DNA from: Eledone cirrhosa
Taxonomy: Eukaryota
Assembly: GCA_964016885.1 (NCBI GenBank)
Contig: OZ024742.1
Location: 104,718,001 to 104,782,000 of the forward strand
Direction: 5' to 3'
DNA: 64,000 nt
In this document: positions 12,663 through 25,481 of the stretch, piece after piece
How positions within the stretch are numbered: position 1 is the stretch's first letter
Layout of the letters: each line of letters opens with the position of its first letter
Notes under the pieces: generated by a model
Told to the model about the DNA's origin: nothing
The model's database searches: none
The model's input: only the letters and a program-made list of their open reading frames with translations
Made by a program: the position numbers and the translations under genes

Positions 12663-13008
12663 GGAGGCACATGGCTTAGTGGTTAGAGCATTGGCCTTGC
12701 AATCGAAAGGTTGTGAGTTCAATTCTCAGACCGGGTGATGTGTTGTTTCCTTGAGCAAGACACTTTATTTCACATTGCTCCAGTTTACTCAGCTGTAGAA
12801 ATGAGATTATAGGGACTGGGATCCTTATCATTCCACTGTAAAATGGTCGTGGAGGTGCCACGGCAAAAAAGCACCCAGCCCACACTGTAAATGAGGTTGG
12901 TGTTAGGAAGGGCATCCAGCTGTAGAAATCAAGCCAGAATCAGTTCCCGTCCCACCCTTGCAAGTAGGGAAAAGTGGACGTAAAATGAAATGATGATGAT
13001 GATGATGA
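12663..13008 (+). mobile_element. tRNA-derived SINE family B (CORE-like centre, RTE-like 3' tail)
   Basis: A box tggcttagtgg, B box gagttcaattc, ccttgagcaagacacttt core, tail gttggtgttaggaagggcatccagctgtagaaa...(gat)n. Confidence 0.9.
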
Positions 13009-14591
13009 TATATATATATATTTATATATATATATTAACTGACACCTACATTTATATCCACTCCCAAAACACAATTCAAACCTTTAAATATTCCCATCTG
13101 CACTCAACCAAAAACACACACATAGAATATACACACATATGTAAAGAACTCTATAGATATCTTCTGAGGCTGCAAAGAAGAAAAGGTGATGGAGATAAAT
13201 GACTTTTTTTAATAAACTGGGTCATGTTGTTGGAGATTATAAAGAACTTATCTTTAATATCAACACCATTGCTGACACCAGAGCAAAACTACCAACAGTG
13301 CTATCACAAATTGTTACAATCACATTACAACAGTACCACCATCATCGCTACCACTAATACATTAGTACATTATCATCAATACCACTAAGGCAACCACCTC
13401 TGTCAGGCTTCCACACTACCATCAGCATAATATCCCATCACTGGGACACCATCAAACAACTACGACTATCACTAGCATTTCTATCACCAAAACCTGCAGC
13501 ACCACTCCACCATCACCATTAACCGACCACTACCATCCATGGTTGTTTAGCTTGCTAGAAATAACAGCCAAATATCACTCAAACCAAACCTTACTGTCAT
13601 AAAAGAACACATTGGCTAGAAAAAAAAATGAGAAAAAAGACTGGCTGGTTACAGCTGCAATACTTTTGATAATGGGCCTGCTCTATTTTCACTACAATCA
13701 CACTATTACACAACCACCACAAATCATATAATGGCTTAAAAACTATACCTGTTTGGTGGGAATCATTAGGAGCTTCTATTGGTTGATTCTAGTCATTGCC
13801 ATTCCATGTGGGAGGTAGCACAGTAGCACCAGAAAGTCTACATGTGGGAAATGCTATTTGAAAATGTGTCACATGGCAAGGTTGACAGTCCAAAAGTATT
13901 ACTGCACTTATTGTAGTGTATATATCATATAGCTGCTATCAGTGATGGTGCAAGAGGATTAGGCTTGTCTACATTCTGAGTGGGCATATGGGTCAGATAA
14001 AGCTAAGGTGGTCCTTGCAGAATATTAGGGACCAATGGCTTAATATTACTTAAAGGCAAAGAAATGGTACTTTATTTATTGATTTCAAATGGGTGTAAAG
14101 TAAAATATGATCTTGATGGGATTTGAAAGAGTAAAAATAGTCCAAACAAATACAGCAAAATATTCTATGCAATGCTCTTATGACTCTGCAAATACACACA
14201 GACACATTTTTTTTTCTTTTTTTAAAGATCTTATGAAATGTTTCTAGTTTCATAGTCTTCTCCTTGATAGCTATTTAAGTATATACTGAATAACTATAGT
14301 TAAACCACGCTGATTTTGTAACCTTATGTCTTCCTTTTAGCTAAAATTGCTGTTCTGTTAAAACATTATTTTGGACACACACACACACACATATATACAT
14401 GCCTACTCATTTTAGCTTGTATGTGGCAAGTCTTCTCAAGATTATAATCTAAGGAAGGCTTGTCATAAAGAAGCTGAAACTGCTAGGCATCGCAGTCAGG
14501 TTTACACCTTCCTTTATACTAACTCTGCTCCTTCCAACACATAGAGTACTACCTTGATTTGTGGCCTCCTCGGTCTAAGCACTGAAGACTT

Positions 14592-14625
<34 letters not shown>

Positions 14626-15223
14626 CACAAGGGTAAATCTTTAGGTATATAAAGAGTTATGCTACTAATGCTTCAAGCTCAGCATAGTCCTCTAATCAGC
14701 AAGATAATTACATGTATAATCTATAAAAGTATTTTGGAATCAAACTTGAAATAAATAAATCCAATAAGCCAAATGAATGTGGTGTTACGGAGCATATAGA
14801 CAATAATGCAAAAATAGCATAGATGACATTTTAGTCATTATATCACAATAATTACAAGATATATCTTGTAAGTTTGGCAATATAAAGATGTCTTGTCATT
14901 GCTTCTTTAAATAGTTTATATATTCTCTGATGACACGAGTTTTTCCTTTATATTTTTTCTACTAATTTTTGTAGAAATCTGTTAGAAGAATAAAATATCT
15001 TACATCTATTTTGCATACTCGTATGTGTTAGATGGATACACAGACACACACATATACATATATACACACACACATATACATATACACACACATACATACA
15101 TATACGCACATACACATATACATATATATATACGCACATACACATATACATATATATATATACGCACATACACATATACATATATATATATACTCACACA
15201 CACACAAACATATATATATATAT

Positions 15224-15430
15224 ATAGGAAAATGTTGAAGACCCCGATGGCAGAGCTCAGGCCGTTTCGTCCAGAAATAGCCATCGAGTCCAGAAATAGT
15301 CGTCGAAACGGCCTGAGCTCTGCCGTCGGGGTCTTGAACATTTTCCTATTACCCACTCTACTACCCTAAGTATTGAGTACTCTGGTGAGATATGCTCCAT
15401 CTGGATCGTTACCAGACTTCCTTCGTTATA
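15224..15430. repeat. Hairpin element (foldback 15224-15349 plus unique flank); same family as 22545-22735
   Basis: ataggaaaatgttgaagaccccgatggcagagctcaggccgtttcg pairs with cgaaacggcctgagctctgccgtcggggtcttgaacattttcctat. Flank attacccactctactaccctaagtattgagtactctg matches the reverse complement of ~22586-22623. Confidence 0.85.
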
Positions 15431-15698
15431 TATATACATATCATATATATATATGGTATATGTAAAAGGTAAATAAATAACAAAAATAAAAAAACAAACG
15501 ACTATATATATATATATATACATATATATATGAACCCATGAACATTCATAACAGTAATGTCGCATAAAATCGTGACTTCTAGCTTTCTTCTGGCATTTTA
15601 TTTGATTTTTATGTTTTTAAGGATTTCTGTTACTTCCTTCCTGTATGTTGTGTAGAGAAATCTTATTAGTAAACATGCATGCTGTTTATTTTTGTGAG

Positions 15699-18600
15699 AG
15701 TATGTTTGTATTGCACTGTAAAGATGGGTTTAATGCATGTAAGGTAAGTTTAAGTATGTTTGTATTGCACTGTAAAGATGGGTTTAATGCATGTAAGGTA
15801 AGTTTAAGTATGTGTGTATTGCACTGTAAAGATGGGTTTAATGCATGTAAGGTAAGTTTAAGTATGTGTGTATTACACTGTAAAGGTGGGTTTAATGCAT
15901 GTAAGGTAAGTTTAAGTATGTTTGTATTGCACTGTAAAGATGGGTTTAATGCATGTAAGGTAAGTTTAAGTATGTGTGTATTACACTGTAAAGGTGGGTT
16001 TAATGCATGTAAGGTAAGTTTAAGTATGTGTGTATTACACTGTAAAGATGGGTTTAATGCATGTAAGGTAAGTTTAAGTATGTTTGTATTGCACTGTAAA
16101 GATGGGTTTAATGCATGTAAGGTAAGTTTAAGTATGTTTGTATTGCACTGTAAAGATGGGTTTAATGCATGTAAGGTAAGTTTAAGTATGTGTGTATTAC
16201 ACTGTAAAGATGGGTTTAATGCATGTAAGGTAAGTTTAAGTATGTTTGTATTGCACTGTAAAGATGGGTTTAATGCATGTAAGGTAAGTTTAAGTATGTG
16301 TGTATTACACTGTAAAGGTGGGTTTAATGCATGTAAGGTAAGTTTTAGTATGTGTGTATTACACTGTAAAGATGGGTTTAATGCATGTAAGGTAAGTTTA
16401 AGTATGTGTGTATTACACTGTAAAGGTGGGTTTAATGCATGTAAGGTAAGTTTAAGTATGTGTGTATTACACTGTAAAGATGGGTTTAATGCATGTAAGG
16501 TAAGTTTAAGTATGTTTGTATTGCACTGTAAAGATGGGTTTAATGCATGTAAGGTAAGTTTAAGTATGTGTGTATTACACTGTAAAGGTGGGTTTAATGC
16601 ATGTAAGGTAAGTTTAAGCATATGTGTATTACACTGTAAAGGTGGGTTTAATGCATGTAAGGTAAGTTTAAGTATGTGTGTATTGCACTGTAAAGATGGG
16701 TTTAATGCATGTAAGGTAAGTTTAAGTATGTGTGTATTACACTGTAAAGATGGGTTTAATGCATGTAAGGTAAGTTTAAGTATGTTTGTATTGCACTGTA
16801 AAGATGGGTTTAATGCATGTAAGGTAAGTTTAAGTATGTGTGTATTACACTGTAAAGGTGGGTTTAATGCATGTAAGGTAAGTTTTAGTATGTGTGTATT
16901 ACACTGTAAAGATGGGTTTAATGCATGTAAGGTAAGTTTAAGTATGTGTGTATTACACTGTAAAGGTGGGTTTAATGCATGTAAGGTAAGTTTAAGCATA
17001 TGTGTATTACACTGTAAAGGTGGGTTTAATGCATGTAAGGTAAGTTTAAGTATGTGTGTATTGCACTGTAAAGATGGGTTTAATGCATGTAAGGTAAGTT
17101 TAAGTATGTGTGTATTACACTGTAAAGCTGGGTTTAATGCATGTAAGGTAAGTTTAAGTATGTTTGTATTGCACTGTAAAGATGGGTTTAATGCATGTAA
17201 GGTAAGTTTAAGTATGTGTGTATTACACTGTAAAGATGGGTTTAATGCATGTAAGGTAAGTTTAAGTATATGTGTAATACACTGTAAAGTTGGGTTTAAT
17301 GCATGTAAGGTAAGTTTAAGTATGTGTGTATTACACTGTAAAGGTGGGTTTAATGCATGTAAGGTAAGTTTATGTATGTGTGTATTACACTGTAAAGGCG
17401 GGTTTAATGCATGTAAGGTAAGTTTAAGTATGTGTGTATTACACTGTAAAGGTGGGTTTAATGCATGTAAGGTAAGTTTAAGTATGTGTGTATTACACTG
17501 TAAAGGTGGGTTTAATGCATGTAAGGTAAGTTTAAGTATGCGTGTATTACACTGTAAAGGTGGGTTTAATGCATGTAAGATAAGTTTAAGTATGTGTGTA
17601 TTACACTGTAAAGGCGGGTTTAATGCATGTAAGGTAAGTTTAAGTATGTGTGTATTACACTGTAAAGGTGGGTTTAATGCATGTAAGGTAAGTTTAAGTA
17701 TGCGTGTATTACACTGTAAAGGTGGGTTTAATGCATGTAAGATAAGTTTAAGTATGTGTGTATTACACTGTAAAGGCGGGTTTAATGCATGTAAGGTAAG
17801 TTTAAGTATGTGTGTATTACACTGTAAAGATGGGTTTAATGCATGTAAGGTAAGTTTAAGTATGTGTGTATTACACTGTAAAGATGGGTTTAATGCATGT
17901 AAGGTAAGTTTAAGTATGTGTGTATTACACTGTAAAGGTGGGTTTAATGCATGTAAGGTAAGTTTAAGTATGTGTGTATTACACTGTAAAGATGGGTTTA
18001 ATGCATGTAAGGTAAGTTTAAGTATGTGTGTATTACACTGTAAAGGTGGGTTTAATGCATGTAAGGTAAGTTTAAGTATGTGTGTATTACACTGTAAAGG
18101 TGGGTTTAATGCATGTAAGGTAAGTTTAAGTATGTGTGTATTACACTGTAAAGGTGGGTTTAATGCATGTAATTTAACTTTAAGTATGTGTGTATTACAC
18201 TGTAAAGGTGGGTTTAATGCATGTAAGGTAAGTTTAAGTATGTGTGTATTACACTGTAAAGGTGGGTTTAATGCATGTAAGGTAAGTTTAAGTATGTGTG
18301 TATTACACTGTAAAGGTGGGTTTAATGCATGTAAGGTAAGTTTAAGTATGTGTGTATTACACTGTAAAGGTGGGTTTAATGCATGTAAGGTAAGTTTAAG
18401 TATGTGTGTATTACACTGTAAAGGCGGGTTTAATGCATGTAAGGTAAGTTTAAGTATGTGTGTATTACACTGTAAAGGTGGGTTTAATGCATGTAAGGTA
18501 AGTTTAAATATGTGTGTATTACACTGTAAAGGTGGGTTTAATGCATGTAAGGTAAGTTTAAGTATGTGTGTATTACACTGTAAAGATGGGTTTAATGCAT

Positions 18601-19586
18601 GTAAGTTAAGTTTAAGTATGTGTGTATTACACTGTAAAGATGGGTTTAATGCATGTAAGGTCAGTTTAAGTATGTGTGAATTACACTGTAAAGGTGGGTT
18701 TAATGCATGTAAGGTAAGTTTAAGTAGGTGTGTATTACACTGTAAAGATGGGTTTAATGCATGTAAGGTAAGTTTAAGTATGTGTGTATTACACTGTAAA
18801 GGTGGGTTTAATGCATGTAAGGTAAGTTTAAGTATGTGTGTATTACACTGTAAAGATGGGTTTAATGCATGTAAGGTAAGTTTAAGTATGTGTGTATTAC
18901 GCTGTAAAGATGGGTTTAATGCATGTAAGGTAAGTTTAAGTACATGTGTATTACACTATAAAGATGGGTTTAATGCATATAAGGTAAGTTTAAGTATGTG
19001 TGTATTACACTGTAAAGATGGGTTTAATGCATGTAAGGTAAGTTTAAGTATGCGTGTATTACACTGTAAAGGTGGGTTTAATGCATGTAAGGTAAGTTTA
19101 AGTATGTGTGTATTACACTGTAAAGGTGGGTTTAATGCATGTAAGGTAAGTTTAAGTATGTGTGTATTACACTGTAAAGATGGGTTTAATGCATGTAAGG
19201 TAAGTTTAAGTATGTGTGTATTACACTGTAAAGGTGGGTTTAATGCATGTAAGGTAAGTTTAAGTATGTGTGTATTACACTGCAAAGGTGGGTTTAATGC
19301 ATGTAAGGTAAGTTTAAGTATGTTTGTATTGCACTGTAAAGATGGGTTTGATGCATGTAAGGTAAGTTTAAGTATGTGTGTATTGCACTGTAAAGGTGGG
19401 TTTAATGCATGTAAGGTAAGTTTAAGTATGTGTGTATTACACTGTAAAGGTGGGTTTAATGCATGTAAGGTAAGTTTAAGTATGTGTGTATTGCACTGTA
19501 AAGATGGGTTTAATGCATGTAAGTTTAAGTATGTGTGTATTACACTGTAAAGATGGGTTTAATGCATGTAAGGTTTAAGTATGTGT
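15699..19586. repeat. 54-bp minisatellite, ~72 copies (source of the 1301-aa and 437-aa repeat ORFs)
   Basis: Unit agtatgtgtgtattacactgtaaagRtgggtttaatgcatgtaaggtaagttta; 18-aa periodicity in the ORF track. Confidence 0.97.
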
Positions 19587-20182
19587 GTTATGTGTGCACT
19601 GTTTGTATAAGAGTGCTGTATTAAAATGAGTTATATATGTATGTAGCTTGTGATATGTGTATGTGTTGCATCTGTTATGTATCGTTTACTGGTATGTGAT
19701 CAGCTGGGAATATTTACTTTTTGTCTATGTATATTTCAGAGTGTGTACTATATTGTGATGGACACAGGCATGGCTGAATGGTTAAAAAGTTAGCTTCACA
19801 ATTATTTGATATGGTGTACATGTAGATGTTTTCCAGAAATATCTCACCATTCTGCTAAACAAGATCCCAGATGAACCAACAGCATGAGGCGAAGCACAAA
19901 TAAGGGCAGCAACAACAAGCTCCCTCTTACATTAATGGCTTACCAAGGGAGTCTGGCTATAGAAAGTGTAGTGCTAATGGCAGTGCTCCAGCATGGCCAC
20001 AGCCAGTTGGCTGGAACATGTAAATGAGTATATATATATATAGTTGTTATATAGTAAGGTGTATTATTGGTTGTGTCAAACGGTCCAATAAACTTTTGTT
20101 AGAAATATTAAGTTTTCCATGCTTTTGTATATCTCCAATTCCATTTATAGGAACAGCTAGATGATGTAAAACGGAGTATTTG

Positions 20183-20512
20183 TATCAAAACAAAGATCCG
20201 AAGGCATGGTATAAAATTCCAATCATTTTAATCACGACACATGTTTCAATAAGAGACAGATCGATTTTCACTGATCTCGTCAGGTGAAAATGAATTGTCT
20301 TCAAATCCTTGATATGGGGGACAAAACTCTAGTGAGTGAACATCGTTAAATTTTCTCCCCCATATCAAGGATTTGAAGGCAATTCCTTTTCACCTGATGA
20401 GATCAGTGATAATCGATCATGGCCACACGATCGATCTGTCTCTTATTGAAACATGTGTCGTGATTAAAATGATTGGAATTTTATACCATGCCTTCGGATC
20501 TTTGTTTTGATA
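20183..20512. mobile_element. Inverted-repeat element with a hammerhead-like motif in each arm (Penelope-like termini)
   Basis: Arms of ~150 bp are reverse complements with a short spacer. Plus 20390-20463: tcac CTGATGA..GAAA catgtg TC gtga. Minus 20232-20287: tcac CTGACGA..GAAA catgtg TC gtga. Each is followed by ATTAAA. Confidence 0.7.
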
Positions 20513-20616
20513 TATATATATATATATAGTGAAAAATTGAACGGGAACAAAACAGAGAGGCAGTACGAACAAAGGTTTATTAGTTTCACGCTCTTGAGAG
20601 TGGGGTGGTGGTGGGG

Positions 20617-20650
20617 AACGACGTTTCGGGCATAAGCCCTTCTTCAGGCG
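20617..20650 (-). ncRNA. Minimal hammerhead ribozyme motif
   Basis: cgc CTGAAGA a gggc ttat gccc GAAA cg TC gtt, with palindromic ACGT stem III, weak stem I and AATAAA ~35 nt downstream. Confidence 0.6.
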
Positions 20651-21405
20651 AAAAGTGTGTGGGAAGAGAGTTCCAAGGGTGTGTGGGGGAGTGGGGGAGA
20701 GACATTTAGAAAAAGGGGGTGAGAGGAAACAGTACAAATGAAAATAAATATAAAAGCATAATAAAAATAAAAATAAACATGAAGTTAAACAAGTGGTGGA
20801 AAGGTGTGGGGCGTGTAGGGGTGGTGGCAGGTGAAGTGGGGAGAGGGAGGTGGGGTGTCCGAGCGGGGAGGGCTGAAGGTGGTGTGTGTGTGTGTAGGTG
20901 TACGTGTGTGTGTGTGTGTGTGTGTGTGAGAGTTGGGGGAGAACGGGGTTGCATGTTCAGGAAAAGGTGTGTGTGTGGGGTGGGGTGTAGGTCGGTGTGT
21001 GCGTGTGTGGATTGGGAGGGATCAGAGGGGTGGGGGAGTGGGGGAGAGGATTCTGGAGGCTGAGTGTGTAAATATGTGGTGGTACTCACATGTGTGTGGT
21101 GTTTATACGTATTGTGGATGTAGGTGCCGTGTGGGAAAAAAAACTTTTGTGAGTGTATGTCCGTGGGTAAGTTCCTAAGGTAATTCCGTAGAGGATGTGG
21201 CGGGATGCCGGATAATTTCCTTGTGATAGAGTTCATTCGTGGGAGCGATGTCCAATGTGTGTAATCCGTGGTTGGGTTGGTTAGAAGAGGGGAGATGTGG
21301 GGTGCGCGTGCAACAGGAAGTGGTCAGAGGGTCAAGGCAGGAGGAGGGTTGTGTGTCTGTGTGTGCAGAGAGGTGGTCAGAGATTCAGGGCATAGCAGCA
21401 GTAGG

Positions 21406-21436
<31 letters not shown>

Positions 21437-21441
21437 TACAT

Positions 21442-21768
21442 GGAGGCACATGGCTTAGTGGTTAGAGCTTTGGCCTTGCAATCAAAAGGTTGTGAGTTCA
21501 ATTCTCAGACCGGGTGATGTGTTGTTTCCTTGAGCAAGACACTTTATTTCACATTGCTCCAGTTTACTCAGCTGTAGAAATGAGATGATAGGGACTGGGG
21601 TCCATATCATTCCACTGCAAAGTGGACGTGCAGGTGCCACGGCAAAAAAGCACCCAGCACTCACTGTAAATGAGGTTGGTGTTAGGAAAGGCATCCAGCA
21701 TCAATTCCTGTCCCACCCTTGCAAGCAGGGAAAAGCGGACGTAAAAATGAAATGATGATGATGATGAT
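21442..21768 (+). mobile_element. SINE family B
   Basis: Near-identical to 12663-13008; preceded by (TA)n. Confidence 0.92.
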
Positions 21769-22145
21769 AAACATTTATAGTTTAGGGATTGTAACATTAA
21801 GTTACTGCTGGTTCACCAAAGTAAGCTCTCAATGCGTAGTCTCCAGTACTAAGCAGAATGAAATATATTATCATCATCCTTTTATATCTGCTTTTCATGC
21901 AGCTTCAGTTAAATGGGTTGTCTCAGTCCTAGACATGGTTGGACTGCACCTTACACATATGTGCAATACATTTACAGTATGAGGTGTTTAGTATCTGTGA
22001 GTGTATCTGTGTGAGTATATGCATATGTAAGTATATGCATGTATGAGTGCATGTGTGAGTATATGCATATGTAAGTATATGCATGTATGAGTGTATGTGT
22101 GAGTGAGTGCATGTGTGTGTGAGTGCATGTGAGTATATATATATA

Positions 22146-22482
22146 TCATCATCATTTCATTTTACGTCCGCTTTTCCCTGCTTGCAAGGGTGGGACGGGA
22201 ACTGATTCTGGCTTGATTTCTACAGCTGGATGCCCTTCCTAACACCAACCTCATTTACAGTGAGTGCTGGGTGCTTTTTTGCCGTGGCACCTCCACGACC
22301 ACTTTGCAGTGGAATGATATGGACCTCAGTCCCTATCATCTCATTTCTACAGCTGAGTAAACTGGAGCAATGTGAAATAAAGTGTCTTGCTCAAGGAAAC
22401 AACACATCACCCGGTCTGAGAATTGAACTCACAACCTTTCGATTGCAAGGCCAATGCTCTAACCACTAAGCCATGTGCCTCC
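22146..22482 (-). mobile_element. SINE family B
   Basis: Reverse complement of 12663-13008; (TA)n on both sides. Confidence 0.92.
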
Positions 22483-22514
22483 AAGTATGTATATATATAT
22501 ATATATATATATAC

Positions 22515-22544
<30 letters not shown>

Positions 22545-22546
<2 letters not shown>

Positions 22547-22735
22547 CAGATGGGGTGTGGTAAAAACCAGCTAGACCATAACCCTTCAGAGTACTCGATA
22601 CTTGGGATAGTAGAGTGGGTAATATGGAAAGATTCAGGACCCCGATAGCTGAGCTCCGCCAATTTGACAGCTAGATTCGGATCTAACTGTCAAAATGGCC
22701 GGAGCTCAGCCGTCGGGGTGCTTAATCTTTTCATT
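22545..22735. repeat. Hairpin element, same family as 15224-15430
   Basis: gaaagattcaggaccccgatagctgagctcc..tttgacagctagat tcgg atctaactgtcaaa..ggagctcagccgtcggggtgcttaatctttt. Confidence 0.8.
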
Positions 22736-23023
22736 ATATATGTATATATATATATCATCATCATCATCGTCATCATTTTACGTCCACTTTTCCCTGCTTG
22801 CAAGGGTGGGACGGGTCCTATTCACTACAGCATCTCTCCACTTGTCATGGTCCTTCGTCATCTCCTCCATCAGCTTCAGCGATCTGAGGTCCGCTCTCAC
22901 CACCTCCGCCCATGTTTTTATACGAGCAAGACAACCAATCTTGCCTCAAGTGGGAAAATTCCCGTCCAAACCCATGCTAGCGTGGAAGATGGACGTTAAA
23001 CGATGATGATGATGATGATGATG

Positions 23024-23380
23024 ATACTTTGGGAGGGTCATGTTGCCAATAAGAAACACACGCACCAGTTGCTTTCACTCCAATTTATTATAAGTTAAAT
23101 TAAATTATAAATTTAAGAAATTTATAACTTTCGGTTGGTTGGTTCCACAACCGGACGGTTGTTCATATATTGTCAAAGTTCTTTCGTCACACATTCTGTG
23201 ACCTCATCAGTGACTGGGGGTTCTTTTCTTTGTTTTGTCCCTCTCATTTTTTCTGTCCTACGCCATCTTGTTTTTGTGTGCTTAGTTTGCGCATGTGTTA
23301 AAAATAAAAACACACACAGACACCCGGATGTAACACATGCGCAAATTAAGCACTCAACACACACAAAAACAAGATGGTGT
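23024..23380 (-). mobile_element. Hammerhead-bearing element (family of 24826-25647), partial foldback
   Basis: Begins atactttgggagggtcatgttgccaataag as at 24834. Minus 23172-23214: gtca CTGATGA g gtcac agaatgt gtgac GAAA gaac TT tgac. Internal inverted repeat at ~23263-23377. Confidence 0.85.
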
Positions 23381-23915
23381 CTGAGATACAGAAACCTTTG
23401 GTAATGAAGTAGTTATATTTTATGTTGTTCACTTTCTATTTAAATAGCTCTGTTTTATACATAGAGCACTCTTTTTTCCTTTTCTTTTCCTTCGGAATTA
23501 CCTAACATATATATATATATAGATAGATATAGATATATTTTTATATTTAAATATATTTATATATATATATATATATTTTATATATATACATATAGATAAA
23601 TATAGATATATTTTTATATATATATTTTTTTATATATATATATATTTATATATATATATATTTTTTTATATATATATTTACATATATATATATTTTATAT
23701 ATATATTTACATATATATATTTTTGTATATATATATATATACATATATATTTTATATATATATTTACATATAATATTTACATTTAATATTTTATATATAT
23801 ATTTACATATAATATATTTACATATAATATATATATTTACATATATATATTTTTGTATATATATATTTACATATATATATTTATATATATACACATATAT
23901 TTATACACACACATA

Positions 23916-23967
<52 letters not shown>

Positions 23968-24405
23968 TTTATATACACACACACAGCTATATATATGAGT
24001 GGATTATTTAGATTTTATTTCTTTTTAGTGATGGGTGAATTATGATAGATGAACAATAGTAAAATGTAGATACATATAACATATCTATATTGACATAACC
24101 AACACTAAAATACACTGGCTGACACTGGTATTTCAATATTTTTCACATAATGTAAACATGTTTACTTAAATACAAGTTGGTTGAATAATAGTAACACAAT
24201 CACACATACATTTGATCAATTTGATATGATTTGCAAATGTCTTTATAATTTTCCCTTAACCCTTCTTTAGTGAGGTGAGGAAGTAGTGATGGAAGTTCAA
24301 GATTATAACTTGTAACATTTTATAACTTTATTCTTCTGGTTCATAAATTGAAAATTATAGTAAAACTTCCATGAAGTGAAATATATGTGTGTATAGATAT
24401 ATATA

Positions 24406-24732
24406 TCATTTCATCATTTCATTTTACGTCCGCTTTTTCCCTGCTTGCAAGGGTGGGACGGAACTGATTCTGGCTTGATTTCTACAGCTGGATGCCCTTC
24501 CTAACACCAACCTCATTTACAGTGAGTACTGGGTGGTTTTTTGCCGTGGCACCTGCACGACCACTTTGCAGTGGAATGATATGGACCCCAGTCCCTATCA
24601 TCTCATTTCTACAGCTGAGTAAACTGGAGCAATGTGAAATAAAGTGTCTTGCTCAAGGAAACAACACATCACCCGGTCTGAGAATTGAACTCACAACCTT
24701 TCGATTGCAAGGCCACTAAGCCATGTGCCTCC

Positions 24733-24733
<1 letters not shown>
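24406..24733 (-). mobile_element. SINE family B
   Basis: Reverse complement of family consensus, with a small deletion in the head. Confidence 0.9.
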
Positions 24734-24771
<38 letters not shown>

Positions 24772-24991
24772 CGTTTCTGAATTTGTTTAGCAAGATTCTT
24801 TATCTGAAATCATGTGTTGAAACCGATATTGTTATACTTTGGGAGGGTCATGTTGCCAATAAGAAACACACGCACCAGTTGCTTTCACTTCAATTTATTA
24901 TATATTTATAAATTTATAAATTTACAAATCTACAAACTTATAAATTTCTGGTTGGTTGGTTGGTTCCACAACCAGATAGTTGTTTATATAT

Positions 24992-25036
24992 AGTCATAGT
25001 CCTTTCGTCACACACTCTGTGACCTCTTCAGTGACT
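24992..25036 (-). ncRNA. Minimal type I hammerhead ribozyme
   Basis: Mirror copy of 25437-25481. Confidence 0.85.
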
Positions 25037-25436
25037 GGGGATTCCTTTCTTTGTTTCTGTGCCTTTCCTTTCTTCTGTCCTACGCCATTTTGTTTCTGTG
25101 TGTGTGTTGTGTGCTCAGTTTGCGCATGCGCCACATCCGGGTGTCTGCGTGTGTTTGTGTTCATTTATCTATTTGTTTATTTATTTATTTTTTTATTGTT
25201 GGTTGGTTGTTTGTTCTATGTGTGTGTGTGTTTTCATGAAAACACACACACACATAGAACAAACAACCAACCAACAATATATAAATAAATAAATAAACAA
25301 ATAGATAAATGAACACAAACACACACAGACACCCGGATGTGGCGCATGCGCAAACTGAGCACACAACACGCACACAGAAACAAAATGGCGTAGGACAGAA
25401 GAAAGGAAAGGCACAGAAACAAAGAAAGGAATCCCC

Positions 25437-25481
25437 AGTCACTGAAGAGGTCACAGAGTGTGTGACGAAAGGACTATGACT
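25437..25481 (+). ncRNA. Minimal type I hammerhead ribozyme
   Basis: agtca CTGAAGA g gtcac agagtgt gtgac GAAA ggac TA tgact: complete core, 5-bp stems I and II, CUA cleavage triplet. Confidence 0.85.

Noticed and set aside
12663-12735. tRNA gene
   Set aside because: tRNA-like head of a repeated SINE; no proper acceptor stem or terminator.
14445-14490. Hammerhead-like ctaagga aggctt..aagct GAAA ctgc TA
   Set aside because: Core mutated and no stem I; at best a decayed copy.
15645-19550. 1301-aa ORF as a real Cys-rich or zinc-finger gene
   Set aside because: It is entirely a 54-bp tandem repeat with an open frame on the other strand too; no C2H2 spacing and no unique domains.
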